Shown here in pieces: positions 13,229 through 25,821 of a stretch of DNA of 64,000 nucleotides. Source of the stretch: Somniosus microcephalus (Eukaryota); NCBI GenBank assembly GCA_052327205.1, contig CM126203.1, forward strand, positions 270,630,001 through 270,694,000, given 5' to 3'. The number at the start of each line of letters is the position of its first letter. Position 1 is the first letter of the stretch. The notes beneath the pieces were generated by a model. That model was not told where the DNA came from, did not search any database, and worked only from the letters and a program-made list of their open reading frames with translations. Position numbers and translations under genes: made by a program.

Positions 13229-14898
13229 GTAAGTATTTTGGCATTTTTATTGGTATGGACACATATTTGCAGTACACTGCACAGCACATTGTCCTGCAAT
13301 TTGCCTCATCAGCAGTGCCCTTCAAATCTGTGAGTGAGTTGAGATGATGACTAACTTGCAGATTGATTTGGCTCCATGCAGCTGAATGTAAGTGTGGGGG
13401 AGGGTTTTGTTTGCAGCCATGTTAAAACTGAAGGGTGGAGAAAGGGAGGAGACAGGAATCACTAGTGATTGGAACCTTTCATATTAAATGCGGGCTGTCT
13501 GATTAATTGAGCTGGAGGTTGGCTCAATTGGACACATTTTTGTAACGTTTTGCCATTTTTTAAGTTGTCCAAGCTTCAAATAGCACATTGTAGACACACA
13601 GAACTTCTTCCAAGATCCACAAACTGTGTCGGAAGAGGTAGACAACCGTCACTGAGCAACAGTGGAATTTTAAACATTTTAATTCACCATGAGGTGGGTG
13701 GCCTCCAGATTGGGACCATTTCCTTCCCTGCATTTCTCAGATCTCTGGTCAGACCAACAAAATTTAAAGTGATTTCTGGTCCTTTCTTTTTCTGCTTGCT
13801 ATGTCAGTGAGTTGTTCAATGGCACCTTGGTAATCTTGCACCATTACATCAAAACGCAAAGTGCAAATAACAGTTTTACAATGTAGTTGTTGGATCTGCG
13901 AAAGGTTGCTTTCTCTTCCACAACTGAAAAGGAAGTGAAAGGAGGTTAGTAACACACTGGACACTGCACCAAAATTGCTATCACTTGCTATCCCACTGGA
14001 CTAATTGTTTGTAATGAATGAAAATCATTTTGTGATAAAATAACACTGATACTAGACAACATGCTTCTTATTTCATTTTTATATTCACTCAATGGCATGT
14101 TTCACTCAACGGCATGTTATATTGTAAACAACAACAACTTGTATTTATATAGCGCCTTTAATGTAGTAAAACATCCCAAGGCTCGGCACAGGAGTATTAT
14201 AAGACAAAAAATGTGACAGGTTTGCGTTTTTTTTTAAATTGATGAAGGGTTACTGCCCACCATGCAGAACACCACTCGGAATGCAAGTAATGATAGAGAA
14301 GACAATATAAATCAAGAAATAGTGATTAGCAGACACCAAGTTTAGATTTTAAAATCCTGAAGATTGTAGGAGGAGAGCAAGACAGGGAAGGAATTCCACG
14401 GTTTTAAGGTCCTCAGAAAGGATGACTAAGAACAGGAGACTGCAATGAGTCTTCATTGCATAACAGTGTGGACATAGGGGGAGAAATAACATGTAGGATG
14501 GTGGCCACCCACCTTGTAGGATGATAGCTTGGAAGGAATAAATTCTGAGAAACACTGTCCAAAGTAGCATTGATAAAATAAACAGATAAGAAAATTTGTA
14601 ACAGAGAGAGGTTGTAGCATAGAGGTTTGAGAGGATTGCCCATCAGACAAGTATTTTTCTTGTATTCTGTCAGGGGGTATGAGGGAGGTGATGGAAGAAC
14701 TTTCCAAATATGGGAATAATGTTGACGTCTTGGAGGGATGTGAGCTTCAAAGAGACTTAAGAATTGTTGAGGGGAAAAGGAATTTTTGGCACAAGGCAAA
14801 AACTGAGCTTGTTGGGGCCAGGTTTAGCATTGGAGGTGATTTCAGTTCCATTAGAGTGCAAGGCATGAAAAAACAAGGTCAACATTACCACTCTTCAT

Positions 14899-15070
14899 CA
14901 ATGTTCCCTGTGAGCTGCACTTTGTTCTGCGCACTGTTTATTTTAATGTGCAGTCCCTTTAAATTTGTGCGCATGTGCGGTATTTACAATGTAAAAGTTG
15001 GTGAGCGGCCTGTGCGAAACCTTTTCAGATTACTGCGCGGCCGAACGTGCGCACCTTAGCGGGAACATTG
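14899..15070. mobile_element. hAT-type MITE (172 bp)
   Basis: TIRs CAATGTTCCC / GGGAACATTG with a perfect 8-bp TSD CTCTTCAT at 14891-14898 and 15071-15078. Confidence 0.88.
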
Positions 15071-15229
15071 CTCTTCATACTGTTTGACTCCATGACTATC
15101 GCTATGCTGTTTGGCTGCCTGTTGAGTTTTAATGAACTAGAAGCTCTAGATCAACACCAGAAAGGCAATTTGCCTCCTGTTCAACTCTCACTAGAACTTT
15201 TCATCTGAGGCACCATTTTCACACACATT

Positions 15230-15896
15230 CCCACTCACTCCAGCTGCACAACCTCAGTGTCCTGTTTAGCCTTGAACTGAGTATCAAAGCCCACATTTGG
15301 TCCATTACCAGGATCATGGACTTCCACCTCCATAACATTGCCTGTGTACATCCCAACACACCCTCACTGACATTAAAATCGTGACCCATGCTTTCACCAT
15401 CATAGTGCCTGATTTCTCTAAAGCCCTGCTCACCAGCCTTCCAATCCCTACCCTACAAAAACTCCATCTCATCCATAATTCTGCTGATTCCTATCTGCGT
15501 TAATTCCCACATATCAACCATCTCGGTCCTGGCTAACCTCTATTGGCTCCCCATTTTCCAGTGCATTGACTTTAAAATCCTCATTCTTTACAATTCTCAT
15601 GGCTTTGCTGCATCCTATCTCTGCAATTATATTTATTCTCATTCACTATTCCTCTAATTCTTGTCCAATGAGTGTTCCTCCACTCCATCAATCACCATAC
15701 CCTTATACTCAGGAACTCTCTTACTAAAGCCCTCCACTTCGCCATTTTCCTTTCCACTTTCAAAAGCCCTGTCAAAACTAACTTCTTTGGCCACACCTTC
15801 AATTCCCTCACTTCTGCTCCATGCCCTCCAAGGCATTGTAATGTGCATTGCGACATTTGTTACATGAAGGAGACAGTATAAGTGTAAGTTGTTGTT
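15230..15896 (+). mobile_element. Old L2 fragment
   Basis: Degraded similarity to 45836-46780, ending GTAAGTTGTTGTT. Confidence 0.65.
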
Positions 15897-16880
15897 TGAA
15901 GAATTGAAGGAATCATAAGATGCAGTGATTCAGCCATTTCATTTCAAGAAGACTGGAGATTTTGAGCACTGAGTGTATGTGATCTGAAGGAATTTGATGA
16001 ATGTAGAGAGAGTGCAGTCATCACCAAGGACTAGGTGATGGCAGATGATGAGTGGAGGAGATCACTGATAAAAGCAGAGGGAGAGGCCAGTGGAATTTAC
16101 AATGAAATAAACAGCAATGCTTTTATAACATATAGTGACTTTGGTATCTAATAATATTAGGGCAGTTTTTCTATACTGGAGTGCACAAACGTCATTAAAG
16201 GGCACAAAAATATGCTAATTAAGAGGGGGCTTCCTTTCTCCCACATTTTTCAACCACTACATCTCTCTGCTGAGCTGTATATAATGTACGTACTTCCAAA
16301 ATTACATCTTGGTTTTTACAACTTATCTTCTTAAAGTTGTATGTCCCCTGATTTTGTAAGTGACAATGAAAGTGTATTTTTTGCTTTTTCTTAAGTGCAT
16401 TTTTTGGATCACTTCAATTTATTGTTGATTTTTTTTCGTAAACACCAATTTTTCAAGGTAGTTGCTCTTAATGGAAAACAGGCCCCATTGCATAGGCGAG
16501 AATTCGTTTCGGAGCAAGGAGCTAGGAGGTGGAATTCTACAGCTTGAGTAGACGCAGCACTGCCTGGATTGGAAGGGTGCTCACTCATACCAAAGAGGAT
16601 GTCACTTGAGGGAATTAACTGTGTGGAACTTGGATTTTGTGAACACTGAGTTAAGCTGTAAAGGAAGTGCTAGAAATAACACTCCGTTGCTAACTGTAGA
16701 TGTTTACAGCACAGAAAGAAGCCATTTGGCCCATCATGTCTGCTCCAGCTCTTTGCTCGACCAATCCAAAAGTAATTCCACTGCACTGTAACTCTCTGCT
16801 TCAAATATTTCTTTAAGATGCAATGGCACTCATTGTGGTAAAATATTCCATGCCCCAAACCACTGTTGATAAAAGATATT

Positions 16881-17581
16881 GGCCTAGAAATTCGGTTGGC
16901 TTTGCGCCCAGTTTTCGCCCAAAGAGGGCTTTTGCGCCAATAGAGGAGTTCGCGCTGATATTCAGCGCTGCGGTAATGGCGGCGGTAGCCGGTAGCGCTG
17001 CGCCGGCACCGATGACGTCATCGGTGTGCGCAGTGCCCCGGTTCCGCCCTGATGCCGGCCCGAATCCCATATTCAGTTGCCGCCGCCTCCTCCGTGGCAG
17101 CCGCTACTTACATCCGGAGACCAGGGCCTTACTGCAGCCTTAGTGGGGCGCATAAAGGTGGAGGTGCGGCCGGCCGCTTTTTCGGCGGCCGCCTGCCCGC
17201 ACCTCCTTCCCCGGCCTCCTCCACCACCCCCCCCGCGGCATTGCCGGTTGCTTTCCGCGAGCCCGGCACTTCTCCATGGTGCCGGGCTCATTTGCCGGCA
17301 CGATCCAGCGGCAATCTCCCCGTTGCAGCCACCTCCACCTTAAGAGAAGGAGGAGGCCTGCAGTACCGCAGCCTGCCGCACCGCATCGGGTGGCGCAGCG
17401 GCGCCTACAGCACTGAAATTCAGTTTCAGCGCCCCAAGCGGGGGCGGCCACACCCTGGAATAGCGCCCGGTTCCGACTTGGGGCGCAAAAACTGAATTCC
17501 TGACGGTCGCAAATGGCTCCCCGCCCAGCGCTAACTTTTGGGCGCAAACCAGCTGGCGGGCCCAAACTGAATTTCTAGGCC
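16881..17581. mobile_element. Harbinger-type MITE (~700 bp, GC/CpG-rich)
   Basis: Perfect 13-bp TIRs GGCCTAGAAATTC / GAATTTCTAGGCC, 3-bp TSD ATT, repeated subterminal TTTGCGCC / GGCGCAAA. Confidence 0.85.
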
Positions 17582-20367
17582 ATTATTCCTAACCTCTTGC
17601 CTCACTCTCTTAATGATAATTTTAAATCGAGGCTTCCTCCTTCAGCTAGAATTGCATAGCACTTTTTTTGATGGTTCAATGAGATAGTGATTGGCTGAGG
17701 GAAGATTTTGTACTTTTGCAGTGCAGGACCTATCCTCCTTCACTCAAAGTAGCTTATTCCTAATGCATTATCGAGTAACCTAGTCCATCAAGACTAAGAT
17801 TTAAACTTGGCCTTTTTGAATGGTAGTTCAGAACTCTTGCACTAATGTTGGCATGAAATGGCCTCAAATGTGTGGAGTGTTCGTATGATGTTTTTAAGAA
17901 TACAATTTTGTTTTGGTTTATGTGTACAATACATTTTAGTTTTACTGTGTCTGATCTCACAAACAGTAGTATCCTTTTCTTCGTGGAGGTGAACTAGGAA
18001 AAAGGAACATTTCAATTGACAATGTCAATTACGCAGGAAAGGCTTCCCTCTATATTTTAGTGCCTGGCCTCCATTTGTTCAAATATTTGATTTTTTAAAG
18101 AATCAACTGCATTAATAGGTTTCCCTAGCACATGACAATTAGAGAAATTACTACAGACATTGCAATGATGGTGTAAGTGCCCTTTGGAAAAGACATGAAA
18201 GAATGTCCTTTGCAGAAGAATATCTATGTTAAGTATTTATAGAAATACGGGTTACCAGTTAATCTATTGAGAATGCTCCAAGTTAAGATCCTTTTTCTGA
18301 CTGTTCTACATTGTTTAAAATTCTGATTGTAGCATGCTGTTATTGAAAGCTGCATGTGAGAATAAGTACAGTGGAGCGTCTCCACTGGTCCTTGCAATGG
18401 GTCACCCAGAAATCTCTATTCAGTTCATGTTTTTTCCTTTGAAGTTCAAGCACATTCCTGGAAATTGTTATTACCCATTAGCATTGATTGCATTAGGTGA
18501 CAACAGAATAACAAGTGTGACTTACCCCATAATAACGGCCCTACTCCTAAAGTATATTTTACAATGGATTGCCATTTGTTTAGCAATCGTGGAACAAAGG
18601 GCTGTCTGCAACAGCATTTCATTCACAGGAAGTGGAGTACAGTATTTCTTGACATCCCACTCCGCAAACAACACCCCCAGAAGTGTGTGATTGTGATAAA
18701 AAGAGTATAGGTACTCCATTCTAAATTGGCAAATTAATACTACCACTGTGACTGATAAATTTAATAATGGCTTCATCATATAACTGATTTTCTCCCATGG
18801 ACATAACCATTTCACTGCATTACCTCAATTAAATATACATTTTTGAATTAGTTTTATGACTAAAATGTACCACCATTAATAAACCATGCTTGACTCAACC
18901 ACTAAACAATTTTAGTTTCACAATGGTGGAGTGAGAACATAAAACTAGTACAAGGAATCTGTGAACATGTCAGTGAAGTGGATTGCAACTCCGTGTTGAC
19001 GACAGCAGCTGTACAATGCAGCATTTTTGCCAGTCAGTGGCCCAGATAGTAGCAAATGCAGTATTTTTCTTGTTTTAATTTGGAGAGTGAGGGAAATGGT
19101 GGTTTATCAAATTACAGGGACTAACATGTTGATTAAACTCAGAAAAATAGTCTGTGATATCTAATATAATTTGACCTCTCCCACAATTTTGCAAATAAAT
19201 TTGTTCTTTATCCCTGCTGCCTTTCGGTACCTTGTCCGAATGTTAGTTCTTAATGTGTGATTGACGAGTTGATGGTGGAGGGCATCAAAGCAATTCCCAA
19301 TCCTGTCCTCATCTGACACCCACACAATAGGAACCCTGTGATTTTTTTTCTTAACCTACTGCAGTGAAACCGAGACAGATTGAAGAATGCTAGCTGAGAT
19401 TAGGTAACAACACAGACCGAGCAGCTCCTTGCTCTGTATGTCTTGGAGCCAAACTAGGCAGTTTGTTTACTAACTGATCTATCAGATGAGCTGTATTTCA
19501 ACAGACATCTATCTGGTGCAGCAGGCATTACCATTTATAAATAATATATTAAAAATCGTACATCTACACACCCTTCCTGTTCATTTTTTACAGTATAAAT
19601 TCCTATGTCTATATTTATAATGGAAATTGCCGAAGTAAGCTTGTTTGTGACTTACAAATCAGCAGGAGCAGTTGATCAAGAGTTATACGGTCACATGCAA
19701 AGACTGAACACTGGTGTGACTTAGGCTCCTCCATTAATGTTAATTTCCCCGTTCTCCAAAGGAATGTAATGGCATAGCACATTTTCTAATGGATGTTTTA
19801 TTATACACTCAGACAGTAATTCAGTTTCCAATAACAAACAGCGTTTTGATTAAACTCCCTGACATTTCAAGTGTTTGGAAGACACAGATGTGACTAATCA
19901 ACATTGCTGAATGCTGGCCAGAAGGAAATCAACTCCTTCAGATATTATAGTTTCATCGTCAGCAAAAAAATCTTAAGAGCGTTGAGAGAGATGACAATAA
20001 TCAGATTTATTCAAGCTGCAGTTGTGCTGTTAAAGCTCAGTGCAAGTATAAGCTGATTACCAGAACCAACTTCTGCATCCAGATGTTCAATGGCGTTGCT
20101 TGTGGAGAAGAACAAGCTGTTAATGCACAAACAGAAAAACCTCAAACCTTTGAGCATCAGAAAAATCCCCATCTCCATTACCATGTGCCGAATGCCCTCC
20201 TTCGGTGCTGTATGATTCAAAGGGGGCAATTTAAGTTCCAGCAGTTTCTGTTCATTCTTAAATTTAACATGTCAGCTCAGCAATTTAAAAATGCTTTACT
20301 AAATTTTAAAACAAACTTCTGCCATTCTCATGGGAGTTGGAGCCTTTAGAAAATACGAAAACTCTAT

Positions 20368-20975
20368 GGGGGAGAAATTCACCTGGTTTGCGCCTCCCGT
20401 TAGCGCGGGGGGGGGGGGGGGGTGGCGGTATTCTGATATTCGCTTCCGCCCCCTGCTGCATCGCTGGGCGTCAACAACGGCAGCAGCAGGAGGCGTTGTC
20501 ACCTCGGTTGGCCACTTGGGGAGTAATATTTAAAGGCAGTGGTGGTCAGGTAGAGCAAACTTTATTCTTCGCACCAGTCTGGTGCCTGCTGAATGTTTTT
20601 CACATCTGATTACTCAGCCCTCCACTCTCTTAAGAGTGCTTGGGGCTGTAATGCAAGTCGCGCAGGTCCCGTGGCCCCACAGAAATACGAGGAAGAATCT
20701 TGCATCCCATCATTGGCCCTTCCGTTTAAGCGAGGGAAGGAGCCTCTGATGCTAGCAGCACTGCACTGAACATTCATCAGCAGTGTGCCGCTACCGCCCC
20801 TTCACACACTTTAGCACCCCAACAGAAGTGGTAGCATTTGATTTAGCACTCCACTTCCCTCTTGCAGCACTAAAGCTGAAGTTCCCGGCAGGAGAGAAGG
20901 ATTAGTGCCTGGCGCTACATTTTCAACTTTTGAAAATGTAGCGCCCCAAACAGGGCGATATGGAATTTCTAGCCC
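20368..20975. mobile_element. Harbinger-type MITE (~610 bp)
   Basis: TIRs GGGGGAGAAATTC / GAATTTCTAGCCC, 3-bp TSD TAT. Confidence 0.8.
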
Positions 20976-22519
20976 TATGTCTCTAAAAGGTGATAGATTT
21001 CCATAGCATTTTAACCATTTGGGAATTGTCACTAAACATGGTGGGCGCTTTCCTCTCATTGTCTACTGTGCTCTTTTTCTATAATTGGAAGCAAATGTGC
21101 AGGGCGTACCTGTGCAAATCGGGCCCCAATGCCCGTTTCAGGTCCCTCTTGGAAATTCGATTGCGAACGATCGTAACATGTGCTGTGCATGCTGCGGTCA
21201 GCTTCTTAAAACGATTAGCAGCCAAACCAGCAGTTCTTAAAGGGAATGCTGGAGGCTGCCACCCGAAGGGCATGTTTAAAGTTTATTTACTTGCCTCATT
21301 GTGGAGCCGGGAAGAGCAGCACCCGCCCCCGCTGTTTCCAGACCGCATTGACCGACGTCTGAGCCGGCCGATCTCGCTGCCTCCCCTCCACAGCATCCCC
21401 GGCGAGTTGCCTCTGGGGCCACAAATGCTGCCCAGGGCATGCCGGTAATAAACAAATGAGGCTGGCAGCCCAATTTGTCATGGTCTCATTAGCCGCGTGC
21501 ACTGCACCCGGACCAAGCCCTGATTCAGACACAATCTATTTTCAGGGCATTGCAGAGAGGTCTGTACCTCACCACGAGGGGGAACAAAACTGATAAATTG
21601 AAACCAGAATGTCACGGCTTAGTTGGTAAAATGCATTCTAAAACAGTTTGCTTCACCATTAATTAGTGCGATCGGTCTTAGTGTGAAAGTTCTACCCTAT
21701 TTAAATCACAGCAGTACAACTTGATAGCCATCTTATATCCATGAAATTTGAACTGTACCAAAGGGTGATTTTTAAATAGCATCTCAGACAGTTTGTAAAA
21801 AGATATTTATTGTATCACTTACAGCATCCTGGAAATGCAAAGGATCAAATGAACTCAAGATAAATACAGATGAGGATAATTACAGCCACTTGGCTCATCG
21901 TGTAGAACCCAACCCCACCCCAATCATAGCAACTGTTGCTTACAAATTTGTATTGATGCTTTTGAGAATACAAATTTGATGCCTAGATAATCTGAGGGCA
22001 AACCAATAGGGTCTTGGTTAAGTTATCATGACCTATTAACCAGCTGAGCCATAATGAAATCACCAAATGATACACCATTTGATCATTAACCATCAAGACC
22101 TGTTATGACTCAGAGACATGATGTCTACACCTACTGTAATTATGCGTCTTCAGCCCAATATCTACAGATGAATCAAATAATAGACATGAGTTTATGTAGT
22201 GGGTTTGGCAGCAATAATAATTATGCAACTCAAACATTTAAAACCAGGTAAAGGGAAATTCTGCATCATCTCCAAATACTTTTGAGTTCACACCCAAATG
22301 TATTGAATACTCTGTTTTTCCATAGTTTCTTAAATAGGAAAGTACAGGACCGCAAGAGACTCTACTGGCTGATGCCAAAAATGAATAAATCTCAATAGCC
22401 TACTCCCTCAAATATCTATCCAATTCTCTAATTTCTCCACACTATCTGGTTCCACTGTATCCTAGGCCAGTCCATTCCACAAATTCACCACCCTCAGTGT
22501 AAAGTAGTTCAACCTAAAC

Positions 22520-22920
22520 TGAAAAGCAGGGACGTTATGTTAAATTTGTAGAACCTCGGTTAGACCACACTTGGAGTAGTGTACACAGTTCTGGTTGCCA
22601 TATTGCAAAAAGGATATAGAGGCACTGGAGAAGGTGCAAAAAAGATTTACAAAGATGATACCAGAACTGAGAGGTTATAACTATCAGGAAAGACTGAATA
22701 GGCTGGGGCTCTTTTCTCCAGAAAAAAAGAGAAGACTGAGGGGTGGCCTAATAGAGGTCTTTAAAATTATGAAGAGTTTTAATGGGATAGACGTAGAGTT
22801 TCTGCTTCCACTTGTGGGGGTGTCTAAAACAATGTGATGAGGCTCGTGTGGAACATAAACACCAGCACAAACCAGCTGGCTGAATGGACTGTTTCTGTAT
22901 TGTTGTAAATTCTATGTAAA
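22520..22920 (+). mobile_element. CR1 LINE 3' fragment
   Basis: RPHLE / KKDIEALEKVQKRFTKMIPEL remnant of the ORF2 C-terminus. Confidence 0.8.
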
Positions 22921-22929
22921 AAAAACTCT

Positions 22930-24465
22930 CTATGCACCTTCCCTCTTTTAAACTTTCCCGTGTCCCCTGGTACTACCATTTTTGGAATTTCTAAACTTAT
23001 TTTTGGAGTTTAATTTATCGATTCCCTTCAGAATTTTGAATTGGAGTAATTTTTGAGCATTCTCTTTTCCAGAGTAAATAATCTCAGGCTCTCCTCATTG
23101 TTCAGATACCTTAAATTAGATGTCAGTGTGGTTGCCCTTTTCTGCACTACCAACAATGCTTGGATATCCTCACTGTAGTACAGTAACCAGAATTGTGCAC
23201 AGTGCTCTCCAGTGCCTTGTACAGACACATAAAAGACTTGCATTTATATAGCGCTTTACAGCCAATGAAGTACTTTTGAAGTGGAGTCACTGTTGTAATG
23301 TGGGAAATGTGGCAGCCAATTTGCGCACAGCTCCCACAAACAGCAATGTGATAATGACCAGATAATCTGTTTATTTTGTGATGTTGGTTGAGGGATAAGT
23401 ATTGGCCAGGACACCGGGAATAACTTCCCTGCTCTTCGAAATAGTGCCATGGGATCTTTTACGTCCACCTGAGAGAGCAGACAGGGCCTCGGTTTAACGT
23501 CTCATCCGAAAGACGGCACCTCCGACAGTGCAGCACTCCCTCAGCACTGCACTGGAGTGTCAGCCTAGCTTTATGTGCTCAAGTCCCTGGAATGGGACTT
23601 GAACCCACAACCTTCTGACTCAGAGACAAGTGTGCTACCAACTGAGCCACAGCTGAGACTTTGTTCACCTACTGGGATTTGTGTTCCATCCTTCTGGCTA
23701 CATATCCCAAGATCCATTAGTTTTTCTGCTGTACAATGTGTTGCTGGTTTCAGTGAGCTATCCACCAATGTTCCCAGATCTCTCTCATGTTGTATCCTGT
23801 AGCCTAGAGATAATTAGTTTATATTCCCACTGTTTATTTCCCTTCCCTAGTCTCAGTACCTGGCATTTTTGCACTTTAAATACCGTTTTCCACTCCTCAC
23901 CCCACCTTCTCAACCTATTAAGGTCCCTTTGTCTCTCTTCTAGTGTTTGAAGCCCCAACAATTTGTTGTCCTCTCCAAACTGAGGGAACTATTTTCTGAT
24001 CGCCAGCTCTAATAATTTATAATGTTAAAACAGAAATACTGCTAGTCCTGATCCCTGCACCACTCAACTAGTGACTCCTTGTCATGTCGATAAAGCTTCA
24101 TTCACTACCATCCTTTGCTTTCACTGGGTTAGCTAATTTTCAACCAAAGCTTGCATCCTATTCCATGTCTTTCTGCCTGTGGACTTATCGCTTGTTTGGC
24201 ATGGTACCAAAAGCCTTCTTGAAATCTAAATATATAACATTCACAGAATTTGTGTTGAGAACAAAGTCTGTCATTTCTTCAAAGAACTCCAGCATATTTG
24301 TTAGGCAAAACCTCCCGCCAATGAATCCATGTAGACACGCTCACCATACTATACCTATCTTCACATTTTATTACCCCTTCTTTCACAATGGCTTCCAATA
24401 ATCTACCACAATAGATGTTAGGCTTACTGGTTTGTAGTCTCCTGGATGATCCTTCTTCCAATCCT
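22930..24465 (-). mobile_element. Old, degraded CR1 fragments interrupted by a SINE
   Basis: Remnants such as EHCAQFW...VQKRAT and DFKKAF on -, with many stops. Confidence 0.65.
23231..23655 (-). mobile_element. Deu-domain tRNA-derived SINE (SacSINE1-like)
   Basis: Reverse complement of the 31233 copy: A and B boxes, GGTGCCGTCTTTCGGATGAGACG...AAAAGATCCCATGGCACTATTTCGAAG core, L2-like tail. Confidence 0.85.
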
Positions 24466-24523
24466 CAGGCTACTGCCACTTCTAATTGCTCCTTAAAGAC
24501 AGTGGCAAGGACATGACCAATTT

Positions 24524-25175
24524 ACATAGAAACATAGAAGATAGGAGCAGGAGTAGGCCACTTGGCCCCTCGAGCCTGTTCCGCCATTTAATGAGATCAT
24601 GGCTGATCATCCAAATTCAGTACCCTGTCCCTGCTTTCTCCCCATATCCCTTGATCCCTTTAGCCTTAAGAAATATATCTAATTCCTTCTTGAATATATT
24701 TAATGAATTGGCCTCAACTGCCTTGTGTGGTAGAGAATTCCACAGGTTCACCACTCTCTGGGTGAAGAAATTCCTCCTCATCTCAGTCCTAAATGGCTTA
24801 CCCCTTATCCTTAGACTGTGACCCCTGGTTCTGGATTCCCCCGCCATCGGGAACATCCTTCCTGCATCTAGTCTGTCTAGTCCTGTTAGAATTTTATAAG
24901 TTTCAATGAGATCCCCTCTCATTCTTCTAAACTCCAGCGAATATAAGCCTAATCGACTCAATCTCTCCTCATAAGTCATTCCTGCCATCCCAGGTATCAG
25001 TCTGGTGAATCTTCGCTGCACTCCCTCCATGGCAAGAACATCCTTCCTCAGATAAGGCGACCAAAACTGCACACAATACTCAAGGTGTGGTCTCACCAAG
25101 GCCCTGTACAACTGCAGCAAGACATCCCTGCTCCTGTACTCGAATCCTCTCGCTATGAAGGCCAACATACCATTT
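24524..25175 (-). mobile_element. Young 5'-truncated CR1 LINE
   Basis: Open 183-aa ORF2 C-terminus (LYRALVRPHLEYCVQFWSP...) and CTATGTTTCTATGT tail. Confidence 0.92.
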
Positions 25176-25737
25176 CACTAGTTACTTCTATGCACTCTTG
25201 TATGAAGTCCATCTGGACCTGGTGTCTTGTCTTCTTTAATTTCTTAGCCTATCTGCGAATGCTTCATCTGAAAATTTTATTTATTTTAGTAATTTCCCAA
25301 TCTACGTCTGGTAAATTGAAGCCACCCATAACAACTGCATCTTTTTCTGTGCACGCTTCCTTATTTGACCACCAAGTTCCCGGTTCAGTTCCTTCTCCTG
25401 AGCTTGTGATTTATAGCGGAAGTCCATAACTAATTTCCTTCCCCATTGTCTCTCCACAGGGTTTACACCTCATCTACACCCAGATCAGATTTGTCCATTC
25501 CTGTACCTCTTATGTGAAAGTTCAATTTCAAAAAGGCCAACAACCTGTTGTTTTTTTCTATCTCTACAAAATCATCTGGAACCTGTACATTTATTGAATC
25601 CATGTTACTGTTGAACCAGATCTCTGCACTATTTTGTCAGTCTTTTTCTCTTTCTCTCTCTTCCCCCAACTAAAACTTACAGCATTCATGCATAGAATCC
25701 TGATGCACACAATTCCCCTACTCCCTAGGGATTGATG

Positions 25738-25821
25738 TAAAACAAAAACAGAAAATGCTGGAAACAGCAAGTCAATCAGTATCTGTGGAAAGAACAGTTA
25801 AGTTAACCTTTCATCAGAACT
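25738..25821 (-). mobile_element. Degenerate Penelope-type terminal unit
   Basis: AAAACAGAAAATGCTGGAAA...TTTCATCAGAACT with internal deletions. Confidence 0.55.

Noticed and set aside
16813-17565. Cluster of overlapping GC-rich ORFs and a CpG-island-like promoter
   Set aside because: Almost entirely bounded by MITE TIRs and a TSD. The ORFs reflect GC content and have no recognisable domain.
21060-21545. GC-rich segment with several short ORFs
   Set aside because: Probably another non-autonomous transposon fragment, but I could not define TIRs or a TSD and there is no protein signature.
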